From assembly GCA_964467615.1 (NCBI GenBank), contig CAYXRK010000003.1, positions 14,624 through 78,623 of the forward strand: a stretch of DNA of 64,000 nucleotides, written 5' to 3'. Source of the stretch: an uncultured Nitrospirales bacterium. Its GTDB lineage: Bacteria; Hydrogenedentota; Hydrogenedentia; Hydrogenedentales; GCA-2746185. The notes under the pieces were generated by a model. The model made no database searches. It saw nothing but the letters and a program-made list of their open reading frames with translations, and had not been told where the DNA came from. Position numbers and translations under genes: made by a program. Shown in pieces: positions 18,595 to 28,500 of the stretch; position 1 is the first letter of the stretch, and every line of letters begins with the position of its first letter.

Positions 18595-19824
18595 TCAGAA
18601 CCGATCCAGCGGCCACACGTACGGGTCGCGTTTGGGAAAGAGCGTCGCGAGCAGATGCCGCGCCGCCGCCGTGATGTTGCGCCGCTCCTGGGCGAGCAAA
18701 TCTTCTGTGCGTATGTACCCGGTGAACACGCGCATCAGGTCGCGGCCGCTAAACCCGACTTTGTTTGTTCCCGCAATCGGCGAAACATCGATCGCGCCGC
18801 GCGTGGCCCTTACGCGATACGGAATCTTGTCCACCTGCAACGTGACCTCCGCGCGTTCCGAGCCTAACGCGCTTCGGCGCAGCCGCTCTTCCCACTCCGG
18901 AATCGCCGTCTCCAACGTCTCCCCAACGTCGACGAAGGCCATCATTCCGCCTTGGCCTTCCGCGCGCCGCGTTTCATGCCGTGACGCGAACGATTCGAGG
19001 TAGTGCGAGAAGGGATGGCCCGGTGGCGTCAGAAACCGCAGTGTTCCCCGGCACATTTCGTGGGCCCACGCCGAGCACATCGAGAGCAGTTCCGGCTGGT
19101 CCTCGCCGAGAAGTGCGCCAAGCTCGCTGATCTCCATTCCCGTTTCGCGCGGCCTCCCCAGCGCGTATCCCAAGACTTTGCCACTCGCGTCGGTCAAGAC
19201 CCGGCCCACTTTCAGCAAGTCCCATTTGTTCGAGAACGTGCCCGACGAGCGCAGCAACGAACACGGCACGTCCGCGTCGTTCGCCTCGTGAACGCGCCGC
19301 AACGCGCCAATGTCCCCCGGCTTCACGTCTCGCACCCTCCGGGTGGCGGAAATCTCGGGCCTATCCGGAGACACGTCGATTTCGATGGCATAGTCCGGCA
19401 GAACGGTCGCGTAGCCGAAGCGATGATAGAAATTCGGGATGCCGAACAACATCGACACATGATAGCGATGCGCGCGCATGTAGGCGAATGCGTCGCGGAT
19501 GAGCGCGGTGCCTACGCCCTTGTGCCGGTGCCGCGGGGCGGTAGTCACCCAGCCCAGTCCGCCCATCTTCAGGCGCGCTTCGCCGAGGCGAATCGTTTCC
19601 GTCGTCAGACGCAACGCCCCCGCAAGTTCGCCGTCGCAAAGCGCAATGCGGGTGTGCTCAGGCCGATACCCTGGATACGCCGCGCCCGCGCCCTCAAACC
19701 ACTCCGACGCGGAAAAGTAATTGACCTGATGGCCCTTCGCCATCAGATCGTTCGCCAGCTTTAGCTCGTCGTCCGATTGGACGCCGCGAATACTTATCTG
19801 TTGTTTACGTTCCGCGTTTACCAT
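18595..19824 (-). CDS. GNAT family N-acetyltransferase, Eis-like three-domain architecture
   Basis: 409 aa; acetyl-CoA binding 'HRHKGVGTALIRDAFAYMRA'. The length and C-terminal region fit the Eis-like GNAT-GNAT-SCP2 layout. Confidence 0.55.
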   Translation of the reverse strand: MVNAERKQQISIRGVQSDDELKLANDLMAKGHQVNYFSASEWFEGAGAAYPGYRPEHTRIALCDGELAGALRLTTETIRLGEARLKMGGLGWVTTAPRHRHKGVGTALIRDAFAYMRAHRYHVSMLFGIPNFYHRFGYATVLPDYAIEIDVSPDRPEISATRRVRDVKPGDIGALRRVHEANDADVPCSLLRSSGTFSNKWDLLKVGRVLTDASGKVLGYALGRPRETGMEISELGALLGEDQPELLSMCSAWAHEMCRGTLRFLTPPGHPFSHYLESFASRHETRRAEGQGGMMAFVDVGETLETAIPEWEERLRRSALGSERAEVTLQVDKIPYRVRATRGAIDVSPIAGTNKVGFSGRDLMRVFTGYIRTEDLLAQERRNITAAARHLLATLFPKRDPYVWPLDRF

Positions 19825-19884
19825 TGGCCCTGCCCGCTCCTGGCGGCGAGTGTAATGAATCGGAAACAGCGGGAGCGAACGGCC

Positions 19885-20787
19885 TCACCGCGCGCTTCGT
19901 TTCGCCCCCGTCGACGCGGGCTTCGAGAGTCGGTCCTCGCAATTGGCCCGGTCCTCCGAAACGCGCCGAACCAAGCGGGCCACGTCTGACCCGCCTTCCG
20001 CCGGTAACGCGCAGTAGGCCAAGAACGCTTGCAACTGAAGGTCGGCGCGAATACCGAGACGCGTCAGAACGAAATCGTAACGCAATGGATCCTCGGGGCA
20101 GATCCGGCGGAACGCTTCCGTCACTTCCAATGCGGTCGCGGCGTCAGTGCCCTTGCGTGAGGTGAAGGCAAGGCCGCGCGCGATTCGCTGCATGTGGGTA
20201 TCGAGCGGAATGATCAGTCGCGACGCCGATATGCCCGGCCAACAGCCGGGATCGATCGCGTCGTTCCGGACCATCCAACGCAAATAGAGGTGAAGGCGTT
20301 TCGACGCGCTGTTTTTCGCCGGATCCGACAAGAGGCTGCTGGGGCCACCGAGATTGCTCACAAGCGAGGAAAGCCCTCGGATCGTGTTCTCGGCGCCCGA
20401 AGGGTCATTCTCGGCGAAACAGTTCCGCAACGAACCGTAACGTCCAATGGTCCGCCGAATTCCCGCAAGGAGCGCCGCAAGTTCCTCGCCGGTGCTCCAT
20501 CGATGTCGAAACCCCGAGTAGAAGCGCCGAAGATCGCGGGTCGAGGCCGACATCACGAAGTCTCGCGGGGCGTTTTCCATGGGCGCGAGCGCCGCGTCAA
20601 TGCTTTGTTCGATTTGCGCGGCGCGGCCATAGGCCAAGCTCGCGGCGACGATCCCGACGATTTCGCGCTCTTCGGGCGACCCGAACCGCAACACGGCCGA
20701 GAGAGGATCGGGTGTGATATACGCCGGTTGATTGTAGGTCCGGTAGAGACTTTCCAACGCCTCGCGCAACCGGGAGAGGGAAATCAT
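19885..20787 (-). CDS. conserved hypothetical protein, TIGR02757/DUF2400-like
   Basis: 300 aa. The conserved block 'DPGCWPGISASRLIIPLDTHMQRIARGL' resembles the DUF2400 family signature. Assignment is from memory of the family, not a search. Confidence 0.4.
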   Translation of the reverse strand: MISLSRLREALESLYRTYNQPAYITPDPLSAVLRFGSPEEREIVGIVAASLAYGRAAQIEQSIDAALAPMENAPRDFVMSASTRDLRRFYSGFRHRWSTGEELAALLAGIRRTIGRYGSLRNCFAENDPSGAENTIRGLSSLVSNLGGPSSLLSDPAKNSASKRLHLYLRWMVRNDAIDPGCWPGISASRLIIPLDTHMQRIARGLAFTSRKGTDAATALEVTEAFRRICPEDPLRYDFVLTRLGIRADLQLQAFLAYCALPAEGGSDVARLVRRVSEDRANCEDRLSKPASTGAKRSAR

Positions 20788-20881
20788 CGAAAACCGTCCG
20801 GCGAATTGCGTAGACTATCATAGGTTTCGCTGCCGGATTCCGGGGGGCTGGGGCGGCCAATGGAAAAACCTCTCCAACCCC

Positions 20882-22537
20882 GTGCTAGAATCTCGTACTA
20901 TGATCCTTTCATCGCCCAAATCCGTTGCGTTGGTGACCGTTTGTCTGTTGGTCACTGCCCAGGAGACCCTCGCCTGGGGCCCACGCGCGCAGAAGGCGAT
21001 CACCGCCGCGTCGATCCAATTGATTCGACGAGAGTTCAGCGACGCCTTCCGGGCCGGCTCGTCCAACTACGAAGCCGATGTGTTCCGCGGCGCAGAGGAC
21101 GGCTACAAATTCATCGCTTCGGAGGTCCCGCTCAACAGCGATGCCCAGTCCCTCGAAGCGGTGTTTCAACAGATCCAGTTATTGCGCGAGGTACGCAAAG
21201 AGGGATTAGGAGGCTACTTTGCCTACCGCGTGGGCGTCCTCTCGTCCCTTGCTTCGGAGGTAGTCCTTCCCTTTGGTGTCGTGTACACAAAGGAACGGGA
21301 ACCGCTCAAACAGAAAGTCGACGCCGACTTGGACGCGCATGTCGGCCAACTCACTCTCAACGTAAATCAAGATAAATACGTCTACATTCGCCAGCCGCAG
21401 GAGTATTTCAAGTCCAAACGGATTTTCTATCCCGCGGACCAGTCCATGATTGAGGACGACTACAAACGCGGCAGAGGTTTCAGTGGGTTCCTCGATCAAG
21501 CGGCCCAAGCCTATTTCGATCGCAGTGTCGAGGCCGTGGTCGATTCGTGGTTCTCGGTGTTTCGGGCGCAAGACGGCGATACGGATGTAAAACCGTCGCC
21601 CCAGATCGTCAAGGACTATTTCGTAAACGAGATCGCGTACTCCCTCGAAGTGCGAAAGAACTATCTCCAAGCCAATCGCGCTTACCGGATTTTCGAAGAA
21701 GTCAACCCAGGGGACGTCGCCGCCTACGACCGCATAGGCGATATGTACTACGCCTTTGGGACCCAGGACGCGAAGGATCGGGGCGTTAAAGAATGGAAAA
21801 TCGCCCAACAAAAACCGGGGCCCCAGCGAAACCGGGCCTCATGGAAAATTTCCAAACACTATATGGAGACGGGAGATACGTACGCTCGCCGCGCCAAGGG
21901 TCCGGACGCGACCGACACGGACCTTGAGGAAGCCTTGCGGGCCTTTCAACAAGCGCTCGAGTACAACCAGTCGGATCAGACGGCGGCGGACCGCATCAAC
22001 GAGACGACCAAAGAGATCGCGTTGCGGCGCGAGCGCCGGGAGACGCAACAAAAGATCGTGGACGGAGTGTTGAAGGTAATCCAGGAAGCCGAAAGCCTAA
22101 AGGTGAAGGAAGAATACGAGGTAGCACTGACAAACTACAACAAGGCGTCCGGGTTGTTGGAGGCCGTGAGCGACGAATTCAGAGACCTCAAAGCTACCGC
22201 CGAGAAAACCGACTCGGACATCAAAAAAGCCGTGCGAGATATTACGGAGACCATCATGAACAACGCCCAAGCTGCAATCGATCGAGGCGTGGACCTGGTA
22301 GCGCAAGTCGATTTTGATAACGCCATTTCCGAATTTGAAAGCGTGCCGGGGTTCCTCGACGCCCTGCCTGCGGGAGACGGCGCGACACTGCTCCAGCGTA
22401 GCGACGAATTGCGTGCCCAGGCAGAGGCCCACATTGTGGAAACCAAACAGACGCAACAACGGTACGTGGACGACCAAGCGGCCAAACAAGGAGGCCTGCC
22501 CAAGCCGGCAGCGCCTCCTCCCGGCGCGAAACCGTAA
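20882..22537 (+). CDS. hypothetical secreted protein with a C-terminal coiled-coil/Pro-rich tail
   Basis: N-terminal signal peptide (MILSSPKSVALVTVCLLVTAQETLA). No catalytic motif. Long helical C-terminus ending in PKPAAPPPGAKP. Confidence 0.5.
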   Translation: MLESRTMILSSPKSVALVTVCLLVTAQETLAWGPRAQKAITAASIQLIRREFSDAFRAGSSNYEADVFRGAEDGYKFIASEVPLNSDAQSLEAVFQQIQLLREVRKEGLGGYFAYRVGVLSSLASEVVLPFGVVYTKEREPLKQKVDADLDAHVGQLTLNVNQDKYVYIRQPQEYFKSKRIFYPADQSMIEDDYKRGRGFSGFLDQAAQAYFDRSVEAVVDSWFSVFRAQDGDTDVKPSPQIVKDYFVNEIAYSLEVRKNYLQANRAYRIFEEVNPGDVAAYDRIGDMYYAFGTQDAKDRGVKEWKIAQQKPGPQRNRASWKISKHYMETGDTYARRAKGPDATDTDLEEALRAFQQALEYNQSDQTAADRINETTKEIALRRERRETQQKIVDGVLKVIQEAESLKVKEEYEVALTNYNKASGLLEAVSDEFRDLKATAEKTDSDIKKAVRDITETIMNNAQAAIDRGVDLVAQVDFDNAISEFESVPGFLDALPAGDGATLLQRSDELRAQAEAHIVETKQTQQRYVDDQAAKQGGLPKPAAPPPGAKP

Positions 22538-22539
22538 CG

Positions 22540-23217
22540 GTGGCCACGCCGCGCTCGTTGCGGCATATCCTCGGGCGCTACTACGGGCTGCTGGCAAATC
22601 GCTTCGGCCGTACCGGCTGGTGGCCGGCGGATACGCCGTTCGAAATTGTCGTCGGTGCAATCCTGACGCAAAATACCGCTTGGGAAAACGTCGGGAAGGC
22701 GATCGCCAATCTCAAGAGCGCCCACTTGCTGTCCCCTCGCGCGATACTCGCAGCGGATACCGCGGCCCTCCACGAGGCGTTACGCCCCTCAGGCTATTTC
22801 CGCGTCAAGACAAAACGACTCCGTAGCTTTTGCGAGTATCTCGTCGCTCGACACGGCGGAAGCATGAAGCGTATGGCGCGCGTCCCCCTCGAAACGCTGC
22901 GCACGCAACTCCTTTCCGTGCATGGAATCGGGCACGAAACGGCCGACGATATTCTGCTCTACGTCTGTGGAAAGCCCGTATTCGTCGTAGACGCCTACAC
23001 GCGCCGCATCTTCAGCCGGCACGGGCTCGTCCCCAAAAACTCAGCGTATACACCGTTGCGCGAGTTTTTCGAAAATGCCCTGGTGCCGGACGTGGATGCC
23101 TTTAAGGAGTATCACGCGCTTATCGTCTACACTGGTAAGGAATATTGCAGGACAAAACCGCGCTGCGATCAATGTCCGCTAAGGGCCACCCTCAAGCCCG
23201 GCCAACCTCTCCTTTAA
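22540..23217 (+). CDS. endonuclease III-like HhH-GPD base-excision DNA glycosylase family protein
   Basis: 'VVGAILTQNTAWENVGKAI' (HhH-GPD N-terminus), 'VHGIGHETADDILLY' (HhH + GPD Asp) and a C-terminal Cys cluster 'CRTKPRCDQCPL'. Confidence 0.7.
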   Translation: MATPRSLRHILGRYYGLLANRFGRTGWWPADTPFEIVVGAILTQNTAWENVGKAIANLKSAHLLSPRAILAADTAALHEALRPSGYFRVKTKRLRSFCEYLVARHGGSMKRMARVPLETLRTQLLSVHGIGHETADDILLYVCGKPVFVVDAYTRRIFSRHGLVPKNSAYTPLREFFENALVPDVDAFKEYHALIVYTGKEYCRTKPRCDQCPLRATLKPGQPLL

Positions 23218-23241
23218 CGGAGGCCGCTAATCCCGTAGACT

Positions 23242-24465
23242 ATGCAAGGCTGGCGGCGATCCGGGCGCCTGCGCTTCGGAGTAGACATGGAATACGAAGG
23301 AACAACTGCACAAGGCGCGATTACGCAGTTGTATCAGTTCGTTACGCGCTTGCACAGCGGCATCCCGTACCATGTATCGAAATCGGGCCGTGCCTTTCCT
23401 CCGTGGCACTATTTCTTCGAAGTCACCCGGCGCTGCAATTTGCGCTGCAAAATGTGTCAATACATCGAGTGGCTCGAAAACGTCCCCGTCCGTGAACAAC
23501 GGGACGGCGAACTCTCAACAGAAGAGTGGCTAAATGTCGTCGATCAGACCGGGCCCCTGAGCTTGGTCACGTTCACTGGCGGCGAAGTCTGGGTGCGCAA
23601 GGACTTCGGGACTATTCTCGAACGCGCTTGCTCAAAGTCGCGTGTCCATTTTATCTCCAACGCCGTAATGCTCGACGACGAGAAGGCCGAATTCTGCGTC
23701 AACCTCGCGCCCAAACGCTTCGGCTTCAGCGGCCTTAACTTCATCGGCGTGTCCATCGACGGCACCGAAGAGACCCACGATGTGGTCCGCGCGCAAAAAG
23801 GCGCGTACGCCCGCAGCATCGAGGGCATTCGCAACATCGCCAAGTTCCGCGAGAAGCAGGCCAAACAATGCCCGCTCATCCACATGAACACGGTCATCCT
23901 GGACGAAAACCTCGATGTGCTGCCCGAAATGCCTGGGCTCGCCGCCGAGGCAGGCGTCCATGTTCTCAACCTTCTGACCGAAATGCGCAGCATGGACAAC
24001 CAAGACCTCGGCTTCGTGGATCCCGCAGTGTATGGGCCGGACAAAATTCGGATCCGCACAGTAGATCGCGAACAACTCGACGGCGCGCTGCGCAAGACCC
24101 TCGAGAACGCGAAGAAGGTCGGCGTCGAAGTCCGGATGCCGCGCATACCGTACGAGAACATCCTCGACCACTACGACGGCGGCTATGATCTAGATCACAT
24201 GGCATGCCGCTCGATTTGGACCAACGTGTACGTCGGCTCCAAAGGCGGCGTATATCCCTGCTGGCTGCAAAACATGGGCAACGTCCGCGAGAACACACTC
24301 ACGGAAATTTGGAACAGCCCCAAGTTCCAAGAATTCCGCCGCCGTCGCCGCCTCGGCGCATTCGAAGCCTGCCGAGGCTGCTGTGAAATCGAATACACAA
24401 AGAAAAAACTGCCCGGCCGCGGCGAGACCTACCCCACTCCCGCCATCGCCGGAACGACCGCTTAA
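23242..24465 (+). CDS. radical SAM / SPASM-domain protein (anSME-like maturase family); substrate unknown
   Basis: CxxxCxxC 'CNLRCKMCQY'. C-terminal auxiliary-cluster cysteines 'CRSIWTNVYVGSKGGVYPC ... EACRGCCEIEY' are SPASM/twitch-like. The real start may be ATG 23287. Confidence 0.75.
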   Translation: MQGWRRSGRLRFGVDMEYEGTTAQGAITQLYQFVTRLHSGIPYHVSKSGRAFPPWHYFFEVTRRCNLRCKMCQYIEWLENVPVREQRDGELSTEEWLNVVDQTGPLSLVTFTGGEVWVRKDFGTILERACSKSRVHFISNAVMLDDEKAEFCVNLAPKRFGFSGLNFIGVSIDGTEETHDVVRAQKGAYARSIEGIRNIAKFREKQAKQCPLIHMNTVILDENLDVLPEMPGLAAEAGVHVLNLLTEMRSMDNQDLGFVDPAVYGPDKIRIRTVDREQLDGALRKTLENAKKVGVEVRMPRIPYENILDHYDGGYDLDHMACRSIWTNVYVGSKGGVYPCWLQNMGNVRENTLTEIWNSPKFQEFRRRRRLGAFEACRGCCEIEYTKKKLPGRGETYPTPAIAGTTA

Positions 24466-24626
24466 CAGCCCGTGGCAAAAGTCGTCTGCCGACACGATTG
24501 GCGTCCGTCGCCTACGTTAACTGGCATCAAGACCTCGAATTGTGACTCAATTCGTCATTGCGAAGGAGCGCGCCTTTCTGCATGGCGCGCGTATGCGGCA
24601 ATCTCGACTTTTGCCACGGGCTGTTA
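24463..24626. repeat. 22-bp perfect long-range inverted repeat (ttaacagcccgtggcaaaagtcg / cgacttttgccacgggctgttaa) enclosing a 120-nt segment with two further internal hairpins
   Basis: 24463-24484 is the reverse complement of 24605-24626. Inner hairpins are gaattg-tgact-caattc and gcgcgcc-N9-ggcgcgc. The left arm overlaps the rSAM stop codon; the right arm lies just upstream of the MBL hydrolase start. Confidence 0.7.
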
Positions 24627-24671
24627 GACTTGGAGTGGGATGCAGCCGGACTCTTGGGGGACCATCGGCCG

Positions 24672-25481
24672 ATGCGGTTTACGCTGTTGGGGAGCGGAAG
24701 TTCGGGGAACGCGGCGCTGTTTGTTTCTCGAGACGCGAAGATACTCGTCGACGCGGGGCTCAGTTTTCGTCAGTTGATGTTGCGCGCTGAAGCGGCGGGT
24801 GAGTCACTGGACGGACTCGACGCGGTGTTCGTCACGCACGAACACGGGGACCATGTGAATGGGGTCGGTGTGTTAGCCCGGCGAATGAACGTCCCCGTTC
24901 ACATGACTGCGCGCACCCGCGACGCACTGCCCGACGCCGTGGGCAAAGTCCCCAATCTGCGAGTGTTTGAGGCCGGCGAGAATATCCAAGTGCGGGACAT
25001 CGCAGTGACCACCTTCAGCGTTGAGCATGACGCGGCGGATCCGGTCAGTTTCGTACTCGACGATGGTCACGGACGAGTCGGGATGGCGGCCGATTTGGGG
25101 CGGGCGTCAAATCCAGTACGCCATTGTCTCGCGGGCAGCCAGGCATTGGTGCTTGAATCGAACCACTGCCCGAAGCTGTTGGGCAAGAGCAGCTATCCGG
25201 CCTCGGTGCGTCAACGAATAAACGGGGAAAAGGGGCATTTGTCGAACCACAAAATGGCGTCGCTATTGCACGAACTCCTACACGACGGTCTGGAATTGGT
25301 CGTGTTGGTCCACATCAGCCAGGAGAACAACACCGAGGAGCTAGCGCGGCAGGCGGCCCAGAGCGTACTGCGCGATCACAGCGCGCGGTTGGTCGTCGCA
25401 ACGCAAGACGTGCCGACGCCGGTGTTCACGCTGGGCGCTCGCGTGCCGGTTCGGGCTGTGGCGGCGACCGTACGCCCCTGA
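24672..25481 (+). CDS. MBL-fold metallo-hydrolase
   Basis: 'MRFTLLGSGSSGNAALF...VFVTHEHGDHVNG' (HxHxDH) and a C-terminal His ligand (VLVHISQEN). Start moved to ATG 24672, because the ORF-track 24558 start would read through the inverted repeat. Confidence 0.75.
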   Translation: MRFTLLGSGSSGNAALFVSRDAKILVDAGLSFRQLMLRAEAAGESLDGLDAVFVTHEHGDHVNGVGVLARRMNVPVHMTARTRDALPDAVGKVPNLRVFEAGENIQVRDIAVTTFSVEHDAADPVSFVLDDGHGRVGMAADLGRASNPVRHCLAGSQALVLESNHCPKLLGKSSYPASVRQRINGEKGHLSNHKMASLLHELLHDGLELVVLVHISQENNTEELARQAAQSVLRDHSARLVVATQDVPTPVFTLGARVPVRAVAATVRP

Positions 25482-25598
25482 CGCAGCGACCGCGGGCGAG
25501 GGGAGGCTGCACAATGGGGTAGCTTCATATAGTAGAATTTGCACATGGTCGCGCTGGGATACGCGGCCACTGGGGGAATCAGTATCAGGGAGGCATGA

Positions 25599-28500
25599 AT
25601 GCCCGCATGGGGTAGAGCGAGACGGGCGGGGATGCGTCTGGCCGGGATAGTGGCAGCGTGTGCCGCCTTTTGCGTGGCCGCGTCGGCCCAGTTTGTCTAT
25701 GTGAAGAGCGACGCCACGGGTCTGGGTGACGGCTCGGATTGGCCGAACGCGTTTACGTCTATCCAGACGGGTATCGTGTCGGCCTTGCCGGGTCAATCGG
25801 TGCTGGTGGCCGCAGGGACGTATTCGGAAGGCATCGCCCTCCCTAGCGATTCGAACGTGCTCGGCGGGTTCACCGGCGTTTCCGGGACCGAAGGGGACTT
25901 GGGCGCGCGCGATCCGTGGACCAATATCTCGACGATCGATGGGAGCACCGCGAACGACGGGGCGCCGGTACTTCACGTCGTCATCATTTCGGACGTGGGC
26001 GGCGTCACGCTTGACGGCTTTCGGATCACCGGAGGACTCGCTGACCTCACTGGATTCGACGCGAACGGCGGAGGCGTCGTGGTCGATAGCTTGGTGTCTG
26101 CATGCACGATCCGTAATTGCGTGATTTTTGGCAACAGCGCGATCGCCGATGGCGGCGGCATGGTCATCACCGGCGGCGCGCCGCTTAGTGTTGAGAACAG
26201 CGTTTTCCACAACAACAGTGCCGTCAAAGGCGGCGGCGTTGCGTGGGTCGCGGGACCGGATTCGTCGACGTTTGTCAACGTCGTTATCGCGTCGAACAGC
26301 GCAACGAGCTGCGGCGGAGGGGTGTACGGGTCGTCCGTTTCGGTCGCGCTCACGCCAACGTTTCGGAACTGCACGATAGCGGACAACTTCACGACGGGGC
26401 CGGTGTTTACGGGCGGCGGAATCTATCTGCACGACAACTTCGCGCCGGTCATTTACAACACAATCTTTAGTGGTAATTCGCCGGAGGGCATCACGGTCCA
26501 CGATTCAACGCCGACGGCCAATACGCCGACGGTGTGGAATTGTCTGTTCAACGGGAACGGTTCGAGCGACTTCGATTTCGACTCGGGCACCCTGGCGGTG
26601 ACCGGCGCGATCAATCTCAACTTTCTGCCGAGTGTCGTGAACGCGATTCAGGGCGATCCGCTTTATGTGAATTCCGCGAACCAGGACTACCATTTGCTGG
26701 ATGGATCGGCGGCGATCGATCGCGGCGAGCCAACGCTGGCGAGCGCGGAGGACCTGGACGGCGAATTTCGTCCAGCGGGAGGCGGGCCGGACATCGGCGC
26801 GGACGAAATCGCCGCGGGATCACCTCCGCAAGACTTCACCGCGCCGACGTCGTTCGTACACGGCGTTATTTCGGCGACTGTTCAAGTGGCCGCGTCGATT
26901 TTCCCTGGAATCGACATTCCGATTTATGGAGTCGATCCGGAATCAGGAATTGCCGGCGTGGAACTTTGGTATCGAAAGCGAATCGACGGCACCGAAGCGT
27001 TCACGCAATTCGGCACGTTCGCGCTCTTCGATGCGCCGTTGTCATTCTCTCTGCCGGACGCGCTGCCTGGCGCAGACGGGGCCTATGAGTTTTACTCCGT
27101 CGCCGTGAACCGCGCTGGTCTCGCCGAATCCGCGCCCGCCAATCCAGATGACCAAACGATTCTATTGACCGACTCCGCGTACAACCCGGCCACGATTTTT
27201 GTCGACGCTACGGCGACGGGATCCCAGTCCGGCGTGGATTGGCCCAACGCGTTGCGCGAGATCGACGCGGCGGCGCGAATCGCGGACGGCTACGGAATTC
27301 TCGACGTGGACGTCGCGGAAGGGACATACAAGGAAAGCGTCAACATCCTGGCCTCGACCGGAAACACGATTGATTTTCAGGGCGGCTATCACGTCCCCGA
27401 TGGCGGGCCCATCGTGCTGGATCCCTTCCTATACCCGTCCGTTATCGACGCGAACCAAGTGAAGTTTCACAAGTTTGCCGCGCGCCACGCCGTGATATTG
27501 GATTCACAGCCGGAAGGCGTGCGCTTCGCTGGTTTTCGCATCACGGGTGGCGCAGCGCAAGGGACCGGCCTCAATGCAAACGGCGGCGGCCTATTCATTA
27601 ACGATTCGTTTGGCGGGTCCGTGACGCCGACGCGCATCGAAGACTGCGCGATTTACGGAAACACCGCGACCGGAGACGGCGGCGGCGTGTACATCGTTGA
27701 ATCCGCGGCGATTACGGCTGGGCTCGAGCTTACCAACGTACACGTGCTGGGGAACACGAGCGGAGTAGACGGCGGCGGACTCTATCTGGATAGCCAATCA
27801 TCCTCGCTCACGTTAGAGAAATGCCGGATCAGCGCGAACGTCGCTGGGTCAAACGGGGGCGGCGTGTACGTCACCGACATCCCGTTGATTCAGAACACGC
27901 TGATCAGCGGGAATTCGGCCGGCCAAGGCGGCGGCGTTTATCTTGCTCCGGCGGCGGGCGGAGGTTTGTCGTACTGCACGATTTCCTCGAACGAAGCCGC
28001 GACCGCGGGCGGCGGGGTCCTCGCGGGCGGATCGAACTCGACCGTCATAGACGGCTGTATCATCTCGGCCAACAAACCTTTCGGCGTAGAAGAAGCGGCC
28101 GCCACTTCACCGTCGCTTACGAGTACCCTTTTCTCGGGTAATCTCGATCTGGTCGATACCGCCGGGGATTACTTGGACTCGCTTTTGGGCAGCCTTCTGG
28201 GCGCTGTGCTCAACACGATCCTTCCCGGCAGCATTGGCAACGGCAGCGGCACTACCGCTTTCCTCGACGGCAACAGCAACACGTGGGACAGCGTGACGTA
28301 CGACCCGTTCTTGGACACGACCACGCTCGAGAGTACCCGATTCGGATACACGTTCGAGTCCGAAGTCATTCCCTTCGTCACGATTCAGCCGAACACGGCC
28401 CGGCCGCGCGAGTTCCTGGTGCTGAGCAAGACCGCAAACCAACTCGTCGTGCGGGGCGACGCGGCGGCTGTCGCGGGCCCGGGCGATCCCTACCGCGTTC

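Noticed and set aside
25341-26501. 386-aa minus-strand ORF spanning the MBL gene end and the giant-protein start
   Set aside because: It is antisense to two well-supported genes, and its Arg-rich composition marks it as a GC-frame artefact.
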